Part shown: positions 1 through 15,010 of the stretch, piece after piece
How the letters are laid out: every line of letters begins with the position of its first letter
Position numbering within the stretch: position 1 is the stretch's first letter
Assembly: GCF_009914755.1 (NCBI RefSeq)
Contig: NC_060943.1
Direction: 5' to 3' (one strand)
Source: the human T2T-CHM13v2.0 reference genome, Homo sapiens
Length of the DNA stretch: 64,000 bases
Notes under the pieces: generated by a model
Databases searched by the model: none
Told to the model about the DNA's origin: nothing
Seen by the model: the letters and a program-made list of their open reading frames with translations, nothing else
Position numbers and translations under genes: made by a program

Positions 1-3000
1 AGATACCCAGTAGTGGGATTGCTTGTGTGATCGAATAGTAATTCTATTTTTAGTTCCTGAGAAATGTCCATAGTGTTTTCCAAAGTGGCTGTACTAGTTT
101 AAATTCCCACCAACAGTACAGAAGAGTTATCTTTCTCCTCATCCTTGCCAAAATCTGTTATTTTTTGTTTTTTTAGTAATAGTCATTCTGACTGGGTAAG
201 ACGGTATCTCATTTTGGTTTAGATGTGCACTTCTCTGATGATTAGTGACGCTGACCATTTTGTCGTATTGGCTGTTCTTATGTATTCTTTGAGAACTGTC
301 TATTCCTGTCCTTTGCCCACTTTTTACTTGGATTATTTGCTTTTTCCTGTTGAGTTGTTTGAGTTCCTTGTATAGTCTGGATATTAGTCTCCTGTCAGAA
401 GAATAGTTTGCGAATATTTTCTCCAATTCAACAGGTTGTTTCTTCACTCTAATTATTTCTTTTCCTGGCAGAAGCTTTTTGTTTATTAAGTCCCATTTGT
501 TTATTTTTGTTTTTGTTGCCTGTGCTTTTCAGAACTTAGTCATAATTTCTGACTCTTCTGACCAATGTTCAAAAGAGTTTTCCCTAGGTTTTCTTGTAGC
601 TGTTTTTTTTTTTATAGTTTTGGGTCTTACATTTAAGTGTATGATTCATTTTGAGTTTTTTTTTAATATGGTGAGAGAGAAGAATCCAGTTTCATTCTTT
701 TGTGTGTGGGTATACAATTTTCCCAGCACCATTTATTGAAGAAGGTGTCCTTTCCTCAATATAAGTTCTTGTCAGTTTTGTTGACAATCAATTGGCTGTA
801 TACATGTGGCCTTATTTCTGGGTTATATTCCATTGGTCTATGTATCTATTTCTATACCAATATCAAGCTGTTTTGGTTATTATAGCCTTGTAATATACTT
901 TGAAGTCAGGTAAAGTGATACCACCAGCTTTGTTCTTTTTTCTCAGGATAGCTTTGGCTATTCAGGTTCTTTTTGGATCCATATGAATTTTATAATTGTT
1001 TTTTACAATTCTGTGAAGACTGACATTGGTATTTTCATATGGATTACATTAAATCTTTAGATTGCTATAGACCAGTGTGGGCTTCTTAAATATCTTAATT
1101 CTTCCAGTCATGAGTATGGGATGTTTTTCCATTTGTTTGTGTCATCTTCAATTTCTTTCATCAGTGTTTTTTAGTTTTTCCTGTATAGATTTTCACCTGG
1201 TAGGTCATTAAGAGCATATTGTTTAATTTCCATACATTTGTCTTGTTTCCAGAGTTCCTCTTGGTGCTGACTTGTTGTTTTGTTCCATTGTGGTCTGAGT
1301 ATACATTGAGTAAACATTGATTTTTTTTTTAATTTATAGAGACTTATTTCGTAGCCGAATATATGGTGTATCCTGGAGAATGTTTCATGTACTGATGAAA
1401 AGAATATGTATTCTGCAGTTGTTGGGTAGAAGTTCTGTAAAAGTCTGTTAGTTCCATTTGGTCTATAGTGTAGTTTAAATGTGATGTTTGTTTGTTGATT
1501 TTCTGTCTAAGTGATCTGTCTTACTGAGAATAGGGTGGTGAAGCTTCCCACCATTATTGTATTGCATTCTATCTCTCTCTTTAGATCTAGTAATATTTGC
1601 TTTATAGATATGGCTGCTCCATTGCTGGGTGCATATATATTTAGAATTGTTATATCCTCTTGCTGGGTTGATCCCTTCATCATTATATAATGACCTTCTT
1701 TGTCTTTTTCTACTGCTCTTGACCTAAGGTCTGTTTTATCTAAGTATAGTTACTGCTGCTTACTATTGGTTTCCATTTGTGTGGAATATCTTTCTCCATC
1801 CTTTTACTTTTGGTCTATATGTGTCTTTTCTTAAGGTGTGTTTCTTTAAGCTGCACACTGTTGAGTCATTTTTAAAATCCATTCAGCCATTCTATATCTT
1901 TTAAGAGGATACTTTAATCCATTTACATACATGGTTATTATTGATTTGTGAGGCTTTCTTTCTGTCAGGTTATTAAACATTTTCTTGTTTTAAACATTCG
2001 TTGTTTCTTTCCTTTTATCTTATTGTTTGTCCTTGTGATTTGGTGGATTTCTGTAGTGGTACCATTTGAGTCCTTTCTAGTTCTCATTTGCATGATTGCT
2101 TTACCAGTGAATTTTTTACTTTCATATGTTTTCGTGATGATAAAATCATCCTTTTGCTTCCAGGTTTAGGACTCCTTTGAGTATTTTTTCCAAGGCTGGT
2201 CTAGTGGTAATAAATTTCATCAGCATTTGTTTGTCTTGGGATGAATCTATTTCTCTTTTATTTATGAAGAATAGTTTCTTTGCATGTTCTGTGGTGGCAG
2301 TTATTTTTTCTTTTAGCACTTAGAATATATCAGTTCCTTCTTTTCTGGTGTGTAAGGTTTCTACTGAGAAATCTGCTCTTAGTCAAATGGAATTTCCTTT
2401 AGAGGTAGCTAGATGCTTTTCTCTTGCTATTTGTAGAATTTGCTCTTTAACTTTGACTTCACACAGTCTGACTATAATGTGCCAAGCAGAAGACCTTTTG
2501 CATTGGGGATCTGCCCGGGGTTCATTGGGCCTTCTGTATCTCTATACCTAAATCTTTTGTTAGACTTGGGATGTTTTCATGTATTATTTTGCTGAGTAGG
2601 TTTTCCAATATTTCTTTGTTTTTTCACCCTTAGAGATACCAGTAATTTATAAATTCCATTGCTTTTTGTTGTCCTAAATGTTATTAAGGCTATGCTCATT
2701 ATTTTTTGTACTTTTCCCTTTATTTTTGTCTGACTAGATTATTTCAAAAAACCTGTCTTCAAGTTCCGAGATTCTTCTGCCAGATTTAGTCTATTATTGA
2801 ACTTTTCAAATGTGTTTTGCATTTCCTTCAATTAACTATTCAGTTCCAGAATTTATATTTGGTTATTTTAAAAAATATATATCTCTTTGATCATTTTCTC
2901 ATTTATACCCTGAATTGTTTTTCTGGTTTCCATAGTATTGATTTTCAGAATTCTGTTGTATCTCACTGAGCTTCTTTAACATCAATATTTTGAATTCTTT

Positions 3001-5520
3001 GTCTGGAATTTCAAAAATTTCTTTGTGATTAAGATCTATTTCTGCAGAATTCTTGTGTTCCTTTCCTTGCTGTTTCATGTTTCCTGTGTCCTTATGTTAA
3101 AATCTGTGCATCTAGTATAACAGTAGCTTCTTCCTATTTTTTAATTTACTTTCATAGAGGACATTTCTTTTTTTTTTCATGGTCCAAGCATGTGGTGATT
3201 TTTATTAAGAATAACTTTGGTTCTAAGAATTCCACTCTCAATTCATTAATGCTTTCTGTTAAAAACAATTATACAACGGCAAATACAAAAAATATTAAAT
3301 TATGAAAACCAATCCATTAAGGCTCCCTTTATATATAATATACACTCAAACAAGTCAAGATTTTTCAGAGTAGAAGAATAAAATCAACTGTTATAGCTTA
3401 GAAAGCAACACTACTACTATGAGACTATAAAACATTGAACTACTTTAAGAAAATCACAATGTGGAAAAATGGAGCCTTTTTTTTTATCAAAAAGTGGCTC
3501 AAAGCACAAAACTGCTCAGATGTTCAAGGGTCCCAGGGGTTTGGGCTGCACAGTGTTAAGGGGAGAGAGGAGACTGACAGCCTGTTTGAATCAGGCTTGT
3601 GAGCCCAGCCCATCTGACAATTTCAAAGAGCTTCTCTGCCTAAACATTCCACCGTTTAGTATAAGACACCACTTTACGCTATTTACAAGTCTCCTTTTGG
3701 CCAGCTTTTGTATTATTAATTACAAATAATTCTGCAGATTTGAGTGAGATTAGGAAAGAAATGCTTTCTTAATTAACTTTTTTTTTCAGTGAACAATTAA
3801 TTCTAGTTAAGCTCTAGGAACAGAATTGGTCCTTATAAAGGAGCCTATCAGGGCCCTTGAGAATACGATCAAGTGGCAGAATTGCTTTGAGAATACGGAT
3901 TTCAAGATCTGACATCTAGTTAGATAAAAAGATATGAGCCAGTCCCGAATAGAAGACATTTCTTGAAAATGTATCTACGTTGCTTGTTTGGTGGGGTGCT
4001 TTGGCTTTGATTCTGTGTATGTGCAGTAGTGTACTTTCTGTATATTTCTTTGACTGTAAACAGCATTAGTGATATGTGTGATTTCTTTGGCTAGTTGGAG
4101 CATGGTTATTAGTGGAGAATATGGTAAAGTTGTGCTAGGGACAGGGATGCTGAGCGGGAGAGTCTTCAGGTCCCCAGCTTTGGCATCAGTGGGCTGAGCA
4201 TCTATCTTTTTGCCCCAGGGTGGTATATGCTGGCTTCTCTGTTGGCAGTTACCAGTGGGTTGATTCTTGGGCTTTCAGGTTGCTCATTTGGATGCTCATA
4301 GTAGCACCAATGGATCAAGCAATTGTGTGGGTTTTCAGGCCCCTGGGCAGCCAGCATGGCATTGACAATAGCAATAGCATGGGCAAGATGATTCTATGAG
4401 TCCCAAGTGATGTGCATTAATGTTGGTGCTGGCTGCAATGGGCTGGACAAGACAGCCTTTGGACCCACAGTTGGCACTTGCAGGTAGGCGCCAGGCAAGG
4501 TAGTAGCAGCCAGAAGTTTAGATCCAACCTCAAGCCCCCAGAAGAAGTGCTCAGGTGCCCAAGGTAGTGAATTGGGTCGAGCAATCCGCAGGACCCTGGG
4601 CTATGTGCTCTGTCTCAGAGCGGGAGAGGTGAGGTGAAGCTGAGCTAGATGGGTTTGTGCTCAGGTCCTCAATGTTGACAGCAGGCACTCGTCATTGTGG
4701 GCAGGGTCAGAGCAATCGTCGGGTCCCAGGCAGAGGATTACTGAAGAGGGTAGGGCCATCTTGAGTGGTCATAGCCTGGGTCAGTTGAAGGTGGCGGAAG
4801 AACATATGTCCCTTTCACACTCCAGTCCTGGAGGGGCTCGACACCCCCCCTCACCCTGGTTGCTGGAGCTCCCATCTGGCTTGCAAACAAGTTCCAATGG
4901 CAATTTGTGCCCCTCTTGCATCCTTGTCTCAGATCCTGGCAGTGCTTGCTTCACAGCCACAGCTGACCAAACCTTGCTCACTTTCTAGCCCCACCTGCAG
5001 GAGCACTCCTGGTTCGATCTCCTGTCCCAGCAGCAATAGCTTGAGTTTCTGTAATGCCCCAGTTTCAGTGTCTCTGGGTCCTTGAACAGCATACAATTTC
5101 CAGAGGACAAGCTTGAAAATGCTTAAGTGTCAGAAAGGTGTGGAACCCAGCAGGAGTTCCCTTCCCGGAGTAGTTCTGTCCAATGGTGTCCTGACTCTCT
5201 ATGTTAGTTTCATAGGGTTGAGTGCTTCTCCCTTGGCCAGGATTGCTGAATTCCGCCATGGAGATGTGGACGACTGGAAATCCCTAACTCAGTCCTTTGT
5301 GCATGGGAAGTCACTCCCAGCTCCCAGCCAATCCCAGCCAGGGAGGCTGCCTCTTTTCCTTCTCCTTCCCTGTTTTTGATGTCCTCTGCCACTTCTCTGG
5401 TGGATTCCAGGATTTTCCCTTGGATAATGTAATTCGACTGTGACTGTCTATACATTACTCTGGTTCTTCTAAGTGGAGGAGGCAGGCATGAAATGCTTCT
5501 AGTTAGTCGTCTTGAACTAC
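1..5520 (-). mobile_element. Old L1 (L1M-type): ORF2 3' part, internal deletion near 1200, endonuclease region, ORF1, 5'UTR
   Basis: T-rich antisense L1 sequence; ORF 139..447 is ORF2-like ([25 protein letters not shown]); interrupted by the 3170-3948 insert. Confidence 0.85.
3170..3948 (-). pseudogene. Retroposed mRNA 3'UTR fragment of unidentified gene, inserted in the L1
   Basis: 16-bp TSD ATAGAGGACATTTCTT (3154-3169) / ATAGAAGACATTTCTT (3949-3964); T run 3168-3177; minus-strand AATAAA at 3201-3206. Confidence 0.8.
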
Positions 5521-6609
5521 ACTACCCTTATTTGAACAATTTTTAAACACAGTAGTATCTAGATAAATATTCATTCATCCTTACTAAAATAAGAGAGCTA
5601 GTTTTACCTTTATTTGATATATAAGTAATTGAGCCACCAATAAGTATAATACCTGTCCTAGATTATCTTTTAAGTAAAAATGTGGCACATAATAGAAAAT
5701 TCAACGAAATTTGTTTTAATAGTAAATAAAGTTATATCATGCTCATAGACTGGAAGGTTAAATATGAAGTTGTGATTTCTCATTATGTTTCTTTAATGAA
5801 CTTTATTAGGTATAATTTTATAGTTTAATTTGGAATTTATTTTGCCTAAAAGAGTTCCAGTGAGAGAAACATTTTGACATAACAGTGAAAACAAAATCCC
5901 TCATACCTTAAAATTAAAATTTTTGGATATTTGTACCATAAGCTTGCCCGGCCTGTAAGAAGCATCATTTCTACTAGAGATTTCTCACCAAGAATAAATT
6001 AGGTCATTTTCATGAGGAAAACAAACAAAACTCTTAGTCATAACTTTGATCCATGTTCAATCTCCTCAACAAAGTTTTGTGTGCATTATCTCTGTACTAG
6101 AGATGTGAATTTTTAAAATTAGCAACACATATTTTTAATATACCTAAAGATATTTCCTTATTCCTTCCAATAATTATCAATAAAAGGAAAGGCAGGTATA
6201 CGTATTATTATTATTAGATCTATCAGCTTAATTTTAATTTCTAACTTATATCTTTATCTAAATTGCTCAGTTTAATAAAAATAATTTAATGGGTTAAGAC
6301 ACTGCCTTCAACTGGGTTTTAGTTTAGAGCAGGAGACAGACCCTACGTGAATATTTAACGTTGCATCTGGGCACTTTTTCTGACCTATGCCAGTTTGCCA
6401 ACCAGTGTTTGTCCAACATACAAAGATAGGCTGCATATACTCAGAAACTGAATTACTGAGATTTCAACAATATACAAAAGTCATTTCATATGCTCAAACT
6501 TTCCATTTATTCTCTTATTTAAGGAAAAGTGTGCATTGTTAACAGAAAAACAGGTTCTTGTGCCAGCAGGCTAGTAAATCTCATAATTTCATTAAAAACA
6601 CTTTGGGTC

Positions 6610-7520
6610 ACTTTGTACACTATTAATGGGACTGTACGTTAGCACAGCCATTATGGAAAGCAGGAGGTTTGTCCTCCCAAAATTAAAAATGGAACTACCA
6701 TATGATCCAGAAATCCCATTTATGGGTATCTATTGAAAGAAAACAAAAGAGACATTTGTACTCCCATGTTTACCAAAGTACTATCCACAATAGTCAAGAT
6801 ATGGAATCAACCTAAGTGTCCATCAATGGGTGAATGGATAAAGAAAATGTGGCATGTATACGCAAGAGAATATTATTCAGCTTTGAAAAGAAAGAAAATT
6901 TTGTCACTTGCAACAACATGGATGAACCTGGAGGACAATATGCCAAGTGAAATAAGCCAGGCACGGAAAGGCAAATACTTCGATTCTGCTTATATGAGGA
7001 ATCTGTAGAAGTCAATTTCATAAAAGCAGAGGCTAGAACCCTGGTGATCAGGGGTGGAGGTTGGAGACAATGAAGAGATGTTAGTCAGAGGGTACCAAGT
7101 TTCAGGTAGACAAGAGGAATCTGGAAATCTCCTGTACTGCATGGTGACTATAGCTAATAATACTGTATCATATATTTCAATACTGCTAAGATAGTAAATT
7201 TCCAATGTTCTCATCACAAAACAAAACAAATATTGCTGGATACAAAGCAATCCTTTTGATGAGTATAAGGTGTTACTTTAAAGTGCAAAGGGGTTGATAA
7301 GTGTGAGATGGCAATGCATATATTAGCTTATTTCTTCATTACACAATGTACACATATTTTAAAGCATTATGTTACATATCATAAATATACACAATTTTAT
7401 TTGTCTATTAAAATAGAATAATGATAAAACACAAAGGAAATGTCCACAAAACATCACATTGTATGCTGTAAATAAATACAATATTTATTTTTAATTACAC
7501 CTCAATAAGGCTGGAAATAT
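6610..7520 (+). mobile_element. L1MA-type 3' end
   Basis: ORF 6733..7008 (CTPMF..WNQPKCPS..WIKKMW) is the L1 ORF2 C-terminus, followed by L1 3'UTR. Confidence 0.85.
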
Positions 7521-7542
7521 TGCTTTGAAAAATCCAAAGGCA

Positions 7543-7720
7543 CCAGGCACGATGGCGGGTACCTGCTGTTCCCACTATTCAAGAGGCGGCTGTGAAGGAG
7601 GATAGCTTGAGCCCAGGAATTCCAGGCTACAGTGGGCTATGACAATCATACCTATGAAAAGCCACCACACTCCCACCTGGGCAACAAAGTAAGAACCTTC
7701 TAAAAAATATAATAAACAAA
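7543..7720 (+). mobile_element. Old Alu monomer (FAM/FRAM-like)
   Basis: ccaggcacgatggcgggtacctg..gcttgagcccaggaattccaggctacagtg..A-rich tail. Confidence 0.7.
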
Positions 7721-7869
7721 TAAAATTTTAAAACTCCAGATGGAATCCAAATAAATTTTTGGAATTAATAAACAAAAAAACCTGCCGTTGCAAAGATCAT
7801 GAGTGACAAAGGTGCCCACTTCTCCGTCTGTCCTCACCCCTGTCTCTCCTCATCTGTGGTCATCACTTT

Positions 7870-9550
7870 ACTCCAGCTGTGCATTGAAACATCTCCATCC
7901 TGGACCCCTCTCCTGAGCTCCAGACATTTGCATTCAGCTGTCTCCCTCCTATCCCCATTCAGATGTCAGGGGGATTCTCAGAATTATCATCGCCCCTGAA
8001 AGCCACCCGTCTGCAGTCCTCCATGGACACAGCTCTTTCCTTCCAGGTGCTCAGAGGAACATTCTGGCCCCATCCTTGCTCTTCCCTTCCCCTCCCTGAC
8101 AACACTCATTAGAAAATTCTGTGAGCCTGACCTTCCACTCACATCCAAAAACACATCCTTACCCCATCCTGCCTCCCTGGCTCAGCCCCATGCCTCCTCC
8201 TGGATGACCCAGCAGCGCCTTCCCAGCCTCCTTGGCTGCCGTGACACACGCGGTTCTGCTCTGACCAGAGCAGCTGAGGGTCCTGTTAGAGTGAGAGTCC
8301 AGTCAAGCCTCTGCTCTCTCCAAAGGCTCCAGGTTCCTGCGTAGCCTCAGGGCCCCACGCAGGCTGCCCTGTCATCCCCGCTGCTCCCTCCTCTGCCTCC
8401 TTCTGCTCTCAGACTGGGGCTCTGGCTGTGTCTGCAATGCCCAGGCCTGCTGCTGCCTCTGAGCAATGCACTCACTGCTCCCCTTCCCTCTTGCTGGGAT
8501 GCTTGTCTCTTATTCAGACACAGAGCCTCCCTGCTCAGCACCTTCATGCCTTTGCTCACACACCACCTCCCCTCATTATCAGATAAGAAACGGTTCCCCA
8601 GTCTATCTTATGTTTCTTTCCCTGCATGCTTTTTCTCCAAACACAGATCTCCACCCCACATGCTCTTATTTTATTTATTATTTCTTTTCATTTGTACTTT
8701 TCCTGTCTCTAGAATGATAGCTTCTTGAAGACAGAGATTTTTTTCGTGCTGTGTCTACTGATGAACCCCTGGTGCCAATAATAATGCTGACACATAATGG
8801 ATGCTCAGTAGAGTCACTGAAGTTAGTCGCTTCGTGTCTATCACCAATAATGCCTCTGCTCCACTCAGAACCAAATAAGAATTACACACACACACATACA
8901 CACACACATGCACACAACACACACACAACCCTGAGTGACATTAAGACTGAGCCTGAAGGACAATTGGGACCTAGATTGGCAGGAATGGGAGGGAAGGGCA
9001 TTTCAGGAGAAGGAATTACACACGCAAAGTCTCAGAGCCACAGAGGGCTTGGCCTGCAGAGACTTTGGGTGGAGAGTCTGGCCAGGAACAGACTGTGCAA
9101 GGCCTCCATTCCAGGCTGTGGCATTTTCCCCTTGTTCTCCAGCACCAGAGAGGAAACACGGCTGCTCAGACTGTGGAGGAACTGGATGAGGAGGCATCTG
9201 GAAACGGAGTCTGGAGTCTGTGTTGGGAGAGATGGAGGCAGGAGGTGAGGAGGGCTCAGTGTTCAGGGAGGAGGCGAGGCCCCAGGCATGACCAGGGCCA
9301 AGATGGAGAAAAGGGCCCCAGGATGAACCCTGCTTAGAAGGAGGGACAAGAATTAGTGATTTGTGGGATCTGGAGGAGGGAGGGAGGTGAAGGTGAAGAC
9401 CCATATCCTGGTTCTGACTTTAGAGATGGGAGCCACTATGTCATCAGTAGGATGGGGATCCCAGGAGAAGTGGGTTGGGGGAAGAAGATGGGCAGCTCAA
9501 CTTAAGCCATACTGAGCAGAGCAATCCTGGAGGCCATTGAGGGGGAGGTG
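7870..9550. mobile_element. L2 fragments with (CA)n at ~8885-8927
   Basis: Degenerate L2-like tracts; CA microsatellite is directly visible. Confidence 0.5.
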
Positions 9551-10108
9551 TCCAGTGGGATGTTGAGGATGAGATGCCCACAACCCCTGAGAGATTAGCC
9601 CGTGACAGGGTCTGCAGCCTCCACGCCTGCTGCTGCCCTTCCTTCCTGCAGAAACTGACAGTGAGTAAAAAGACAAAGGCCTGCCAGTGTGGCCGGATCG
9701 GGGTGCAGAGGGCAGCAGACTCATCTCCCCGTGCCCTGCTAAGGGGCAGGAGGGGACTGGGGTGGAGAGAGCAGGCCTAGCCCCCAGAACCTCCCTAATG
9801 AGAGCAGGAACCTCCCAGCCCGGACATTCAGTGAAAGCCGAGGTCAGACAACAATTGGTCCATGTGGAATTCTCGCCACAATTCAGCCTACTGCCTGGCC
9901 CTCTTGAGCCTTCAGATTCCTCCAGCACTGGGACCTGGGATTCAGCACCATGTCCCCTGTACTCCCCACATCTCTCCTTGGTCCCTGGGGCAGCGCTCAG
10001 CTGAGGAAGAGGAAGCAGAGGCAGATAGGCAGGATCTTCACAGCCGCCTCCCCGACAGCCACCAAGACCACCTCCACCACAGGCCCTGATTTCAAAAAGT
10101 TTTGCCCC

Positions 10109-10446
<338 letters not shown>

Positions 10447-12042
10447 TTACCCCTCCCTGTTGCACGTGTAACCTTGTTCACCTTCATGGGTTCTCCATGG
10501 CCATATTTTTTCAAAATTAGAAAGAACATATGACCCAACTATTTTGCATTTAAGAACTGATTTCACAGGCATAGATGTACACTTGTGGCAGTAGATACAA
10601 GATTATTTATTGCAGTGTTACTGTTGGTAAGATAAAATTAGTGCCATGATATTCCATTAGGCACAAAATCAGAGTCCACATTTTTGATGCCACGAAATTG
10701 TAGTCCATCCACACAGTGGAATCACCCACAGTACTGGAGGAGAGTAATGTCACTCTGATGTCACTACTGATGTTAAACCATCACTGAGATCCTTCGGGCA
10801 AGCAAATCAAGGCGCAGCGCAGCCAGGACAGACACTGGCGGATTCTGGGGAAGGGGACGGGTGTCTGAGGGTAGATTCTACTGTGCACTCTGAATTCTCA
10901 CCCATGTGACTATATCATCTGTTCAGAAGAACTTAGATCAGGACTACTGGGGAGAATAAGAAGATGAGGGAAGAGGAGTATTCAGCAGGTGGGGACTCAA
11001 AGCCTGGATCTGCTATGTGAATGGCACCCTGCCCTTGTTATGGGGCCAGTGGGAGTTGTGTGTGGAAGAGGCCAAGGGGAGTGAGGGGAGGATGGGGACA
11101 GGTGCTCAGGTGGCCTTGGAGACTAACGATGGGGAAGACCTCTGTTTCACTTACAAGAGGGTCTCAGGTTACGAAGTTGAGTCCAGGAAGAAGCAGTAGC
11201 CCAGCCCTGCCCCAAGCTGCAGGCCCTGCTCCCCCAGCCCCAGGGAGGGGGCTCTGTCCTACCTGTGCCGTCTCCTAGAGAGACACCAATCCTTGGGTTC
11301 CTTAGAGCATCTAGAACAGGAAGAGAGAATTTCCCTTTCTTTGGGGTGGAGATGAGGTAAAAGTAGGTACTCCTCCCCTACCCCAGAAGCCACAGGAATG
11401 TCAAAAGACAGAGCTTGTGTCCTTCTAGTTCCCCTGCTCAGCCAGGCCTCCAGGACATAGCCACAAAGTGTCCCCTGCCCTGACCCTCCTCTACCCCCTA
11501 CACCCTCAGGAACCCAGGCATCCTGGCCCCAGCACTCACAGGAGACACTGAGCTGGATGGTTCTCTCTGTAGTCACACCAGCTCCAGGGAACTTCACCTG
11601 CCAGGTGAGGTTGGTGCTGTGGTCCTGGGGCCATGGGGTGATCGTGAGCACTGAGGAGCCGAAGGTCCTGGAGCCCAGATGCAACAGGGAGACCCCCATT
11701 CAGAAGAATGTGGAGGGGGCTCCTCCCATTCACAGGCCCAGAACACATAGCAGGTAAGGTTCCTGGTGTGACTGGTACCCCAGAATCCCTGGGATGAAAA
11801 TGTTGGGCTTGTGGGTCAGGGCTGGTGAGGAGAGAGAGGAGCTTGGGGACCCTCTGAGTGTTATCAGCCCACCCCAGGGTCCTTTCACGCTGTCGGCATG
11901 CCACCACCTCTAGAAGGAGCAGAACCTTCATTGCTTTATTTCTGGTGTCTGGGCTTTTAACATACTTGTCATATTCCAAGAGAGCATCCTACAAGATATG
12001 AATGTTTCCTGAATGGTTTCTCCTTTCTGAAGAGTCCGTGTG

Positions 12043-12622
<580 letters not shown>

Positions 12623-13422
12623 CTAAGCCAGGAGCCCTGGAGTGAGGAAAAGACTAAGCCTTGGGCTCTGGAGCCTCCTGAGTGGGGGCTGCTGTCCCCG
12701 CAGCCTATGCAGGGTCAGCAGCAGTGGCATCTCTGCCTCATACCCAGGGGCAGACCTCTCTGAAAGGGAAGGGAAAGCTACAGGTGTGGGACAGCAGAGG
12801 AAGCTTGTGGTGAGAACAAGAGGTGACCAGCCCAGTAAAGGGAACTTCAGACACACAATGAGTCCATTGTAATTAACTCTTTAAGAAAACTGAGTTCCAT
12901 TTCTGCATGTTGCTCAGACAAGGCAAGAGGCTTGCCCTAAGTAAGGCAGCAACGAAGGACCGGAGTCCCCAAGTCCTGCCTCCTGGACTTGTGCACAAGT
13001 GACTGGAGAAACAGGTGCCACCTGGCCAGTTCCCCATGAATCACAGGCGTGGGACCCCCACAGAGGTCAGTCTCCTAGAGATCAGCACCAGAGGCATGAA
13101 AGGGTCCACGTGAGGTAAGAGCAGCAACACTTCATTCATTCCATGTGTGCATTCATTCTCAAACAAAAGTAAAAGAGACAGATTTGCATCATTCCTGACG
13201 CTCAACTAACTCAAGTAGTCCTGGAAGACAGAAACAATGATGGGCTTGAGCTTTCTCCAAGGACAATAGGGAGTCATGGAAGGTTCTCGTGCAGAAAAGG
13301 GTCACCATAATATATACATGTCAGATAGATCCCTCCAAGGCCAGACTGCAGGCTAAGGGCCTAGAGAGAAAGCTGTTGCGATTGTTCGGTAAGGAAGAAC
13401 CATGCCTTCAAGGAGAGAGTAA

Positions 13423-14364
13423 TGTAGTGAATTCTTAGAATTGCATGCGACCTCAGTGTCCTTTTGAAATACCAGAAGCGGGGCTCAGTCATCCTTAACA
13501 ACTTCCAGTTCTAAACCACACTCAAATGGCTCAAGCTGGTGGCCAGAGATAAGAACTTAGACAGGCACAGTGACTCATGCCCTTCAACCAACCCCAGCAC
13601 TTTGGGAGGCTGAGCAGGTCGATCTCTTGAGTGGAGTTCAAGACAGCCTGGGTAATATAGAGGGACCTCATCTCTACAAAAAACAATAGGTAAATAAAAG
13701 AACCAGCGGCATCTCTCCTGTAAAAGCAGACTTGCCTTCCTGCTTTTTCTGCTGCTACCTTTAAGGGAACCACAGATATTTACCCATGAACTTAAAGTAA
13801 CCACACCCGATTCCCTGAGAGGTACTGCCAGTTGCCGTGTGCTTTTCTTTCTCACTCTGCCTGACTCCTCATTCCTGACTCGGGTGACCCAGGGATGGAC
13901 TGGGTCCCCCCACTAATTACTGCCCCCCCTCCACTCATTACACCCTCATTGCCTGGAGTTTATAAGTAAAAATCTTTAAACATATTTCCTAGCTTGATGG
14001 TGCATTGAACTTGCACCCTCCACCTGAAGAACTGTGGCTACTCTAGGCTGGGTTTCCCCCCAGGACACCTGGGAGGGTACAAGGGTGGACTTCCAGTGCC
14101 AGGGAAATGGTCAGGCAGGCATAAAGTGAACACGGGTCAGAAAAGAACCACAGGGGCATCTGTAGCTTAAACAAGTTGCCCATGTGAGGCACCCATGGTC
14201 ATGGGTCAGACAACCAGGCATTAGATCATCCTCCACGTAAGAGAAAGATCCTGTGAAATGTACGCTGTAGACACCACGTCCAGCTCTCCTTCATTTCCCA
14301 TTAGGGCAGGGTCATCAGCCACTCTGGCACTGAAGCCCCAGTTTAGCTGGGGACTCTCAAAACA
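13423..14364 (+). mobile_element. MER54-like ERVL solo LTR with nested Alu monomer (~13561-13700)
   Basis: TGTAGTGAATTCTTA...CTCTCAAAACA termini; near-identical 5-bp flanks AGTAA/AGTCA. Confidence 0.75.
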
Positions 14365-14442
14365 AGTCACCTTGGTGATTGAAGAAAGAAGCAATTTGAG
14401 ACATTTTCAGAAAGTGGACTTTGCAGGGTTGGTGGTGGTGCA

Positions 14443-15010
14443 TGACAGAGCAGGAGCACCATCATCTCAGACTAACACTGCCACTTTAAGTTCCAGCTCC
14501 CTTTCTAGCCTCGTGCATTTCAAGGAAATCACTTATCTTCTAACAACAAGCAGCCGGAAAGAGCAGACAGTGAAACACAGATAAGACAGCTCAGGCATAA
14601 AGGGATGTCTGAGGGGGAAAAGTCTCCTGGGTAACCACCAAACTTCACACTCATACAATGGGCCCCAGTAAAACAGTGGGCCCTAATAAACACATTCCTT
14701 CCCCTTTAGGTACACTAAGATAGGGAAGCTAAAAGCAGACTCAGGGGGTATGCCTGCAGCTGCAGGAAGATGTATGGGATTAGACACAAAACTCTCCCTC
14801 CCAGGTAAGCAAGACAAAGAGACACAGAAACATTCTGAGCCTGTGATAAGCTGTACCGCCCTGAATCCTTAAAAACTCTTAGTCGGTAAAAGAGAGTGCC
14901 TCTGACCTAACTCAGCCAGAAGCCCTTCTCAGGTTTAGTCTCCAAAATAAACCTATCTTTAACTGTTCAGCTGTTTTTTGTGTTTCCTTCTTCTTTCTTT
15001 AATTCTTATA
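14443..15010 (+). mobile_element. ERV1-class solo LTR (subfamily uncertain)
   Basis: Starts TGACAGAGCAGGAGCACC; AATAAA near 14946; ends TTTAATTCTTATA. Confidence 0.7.

Noticed and set aside
5790-6610. Possible second retroposed 3'UTR (minus-strand AATAAA near 5802)
   Set aside because: No clear poly-A tail or TSD; cannot be supported without a search.
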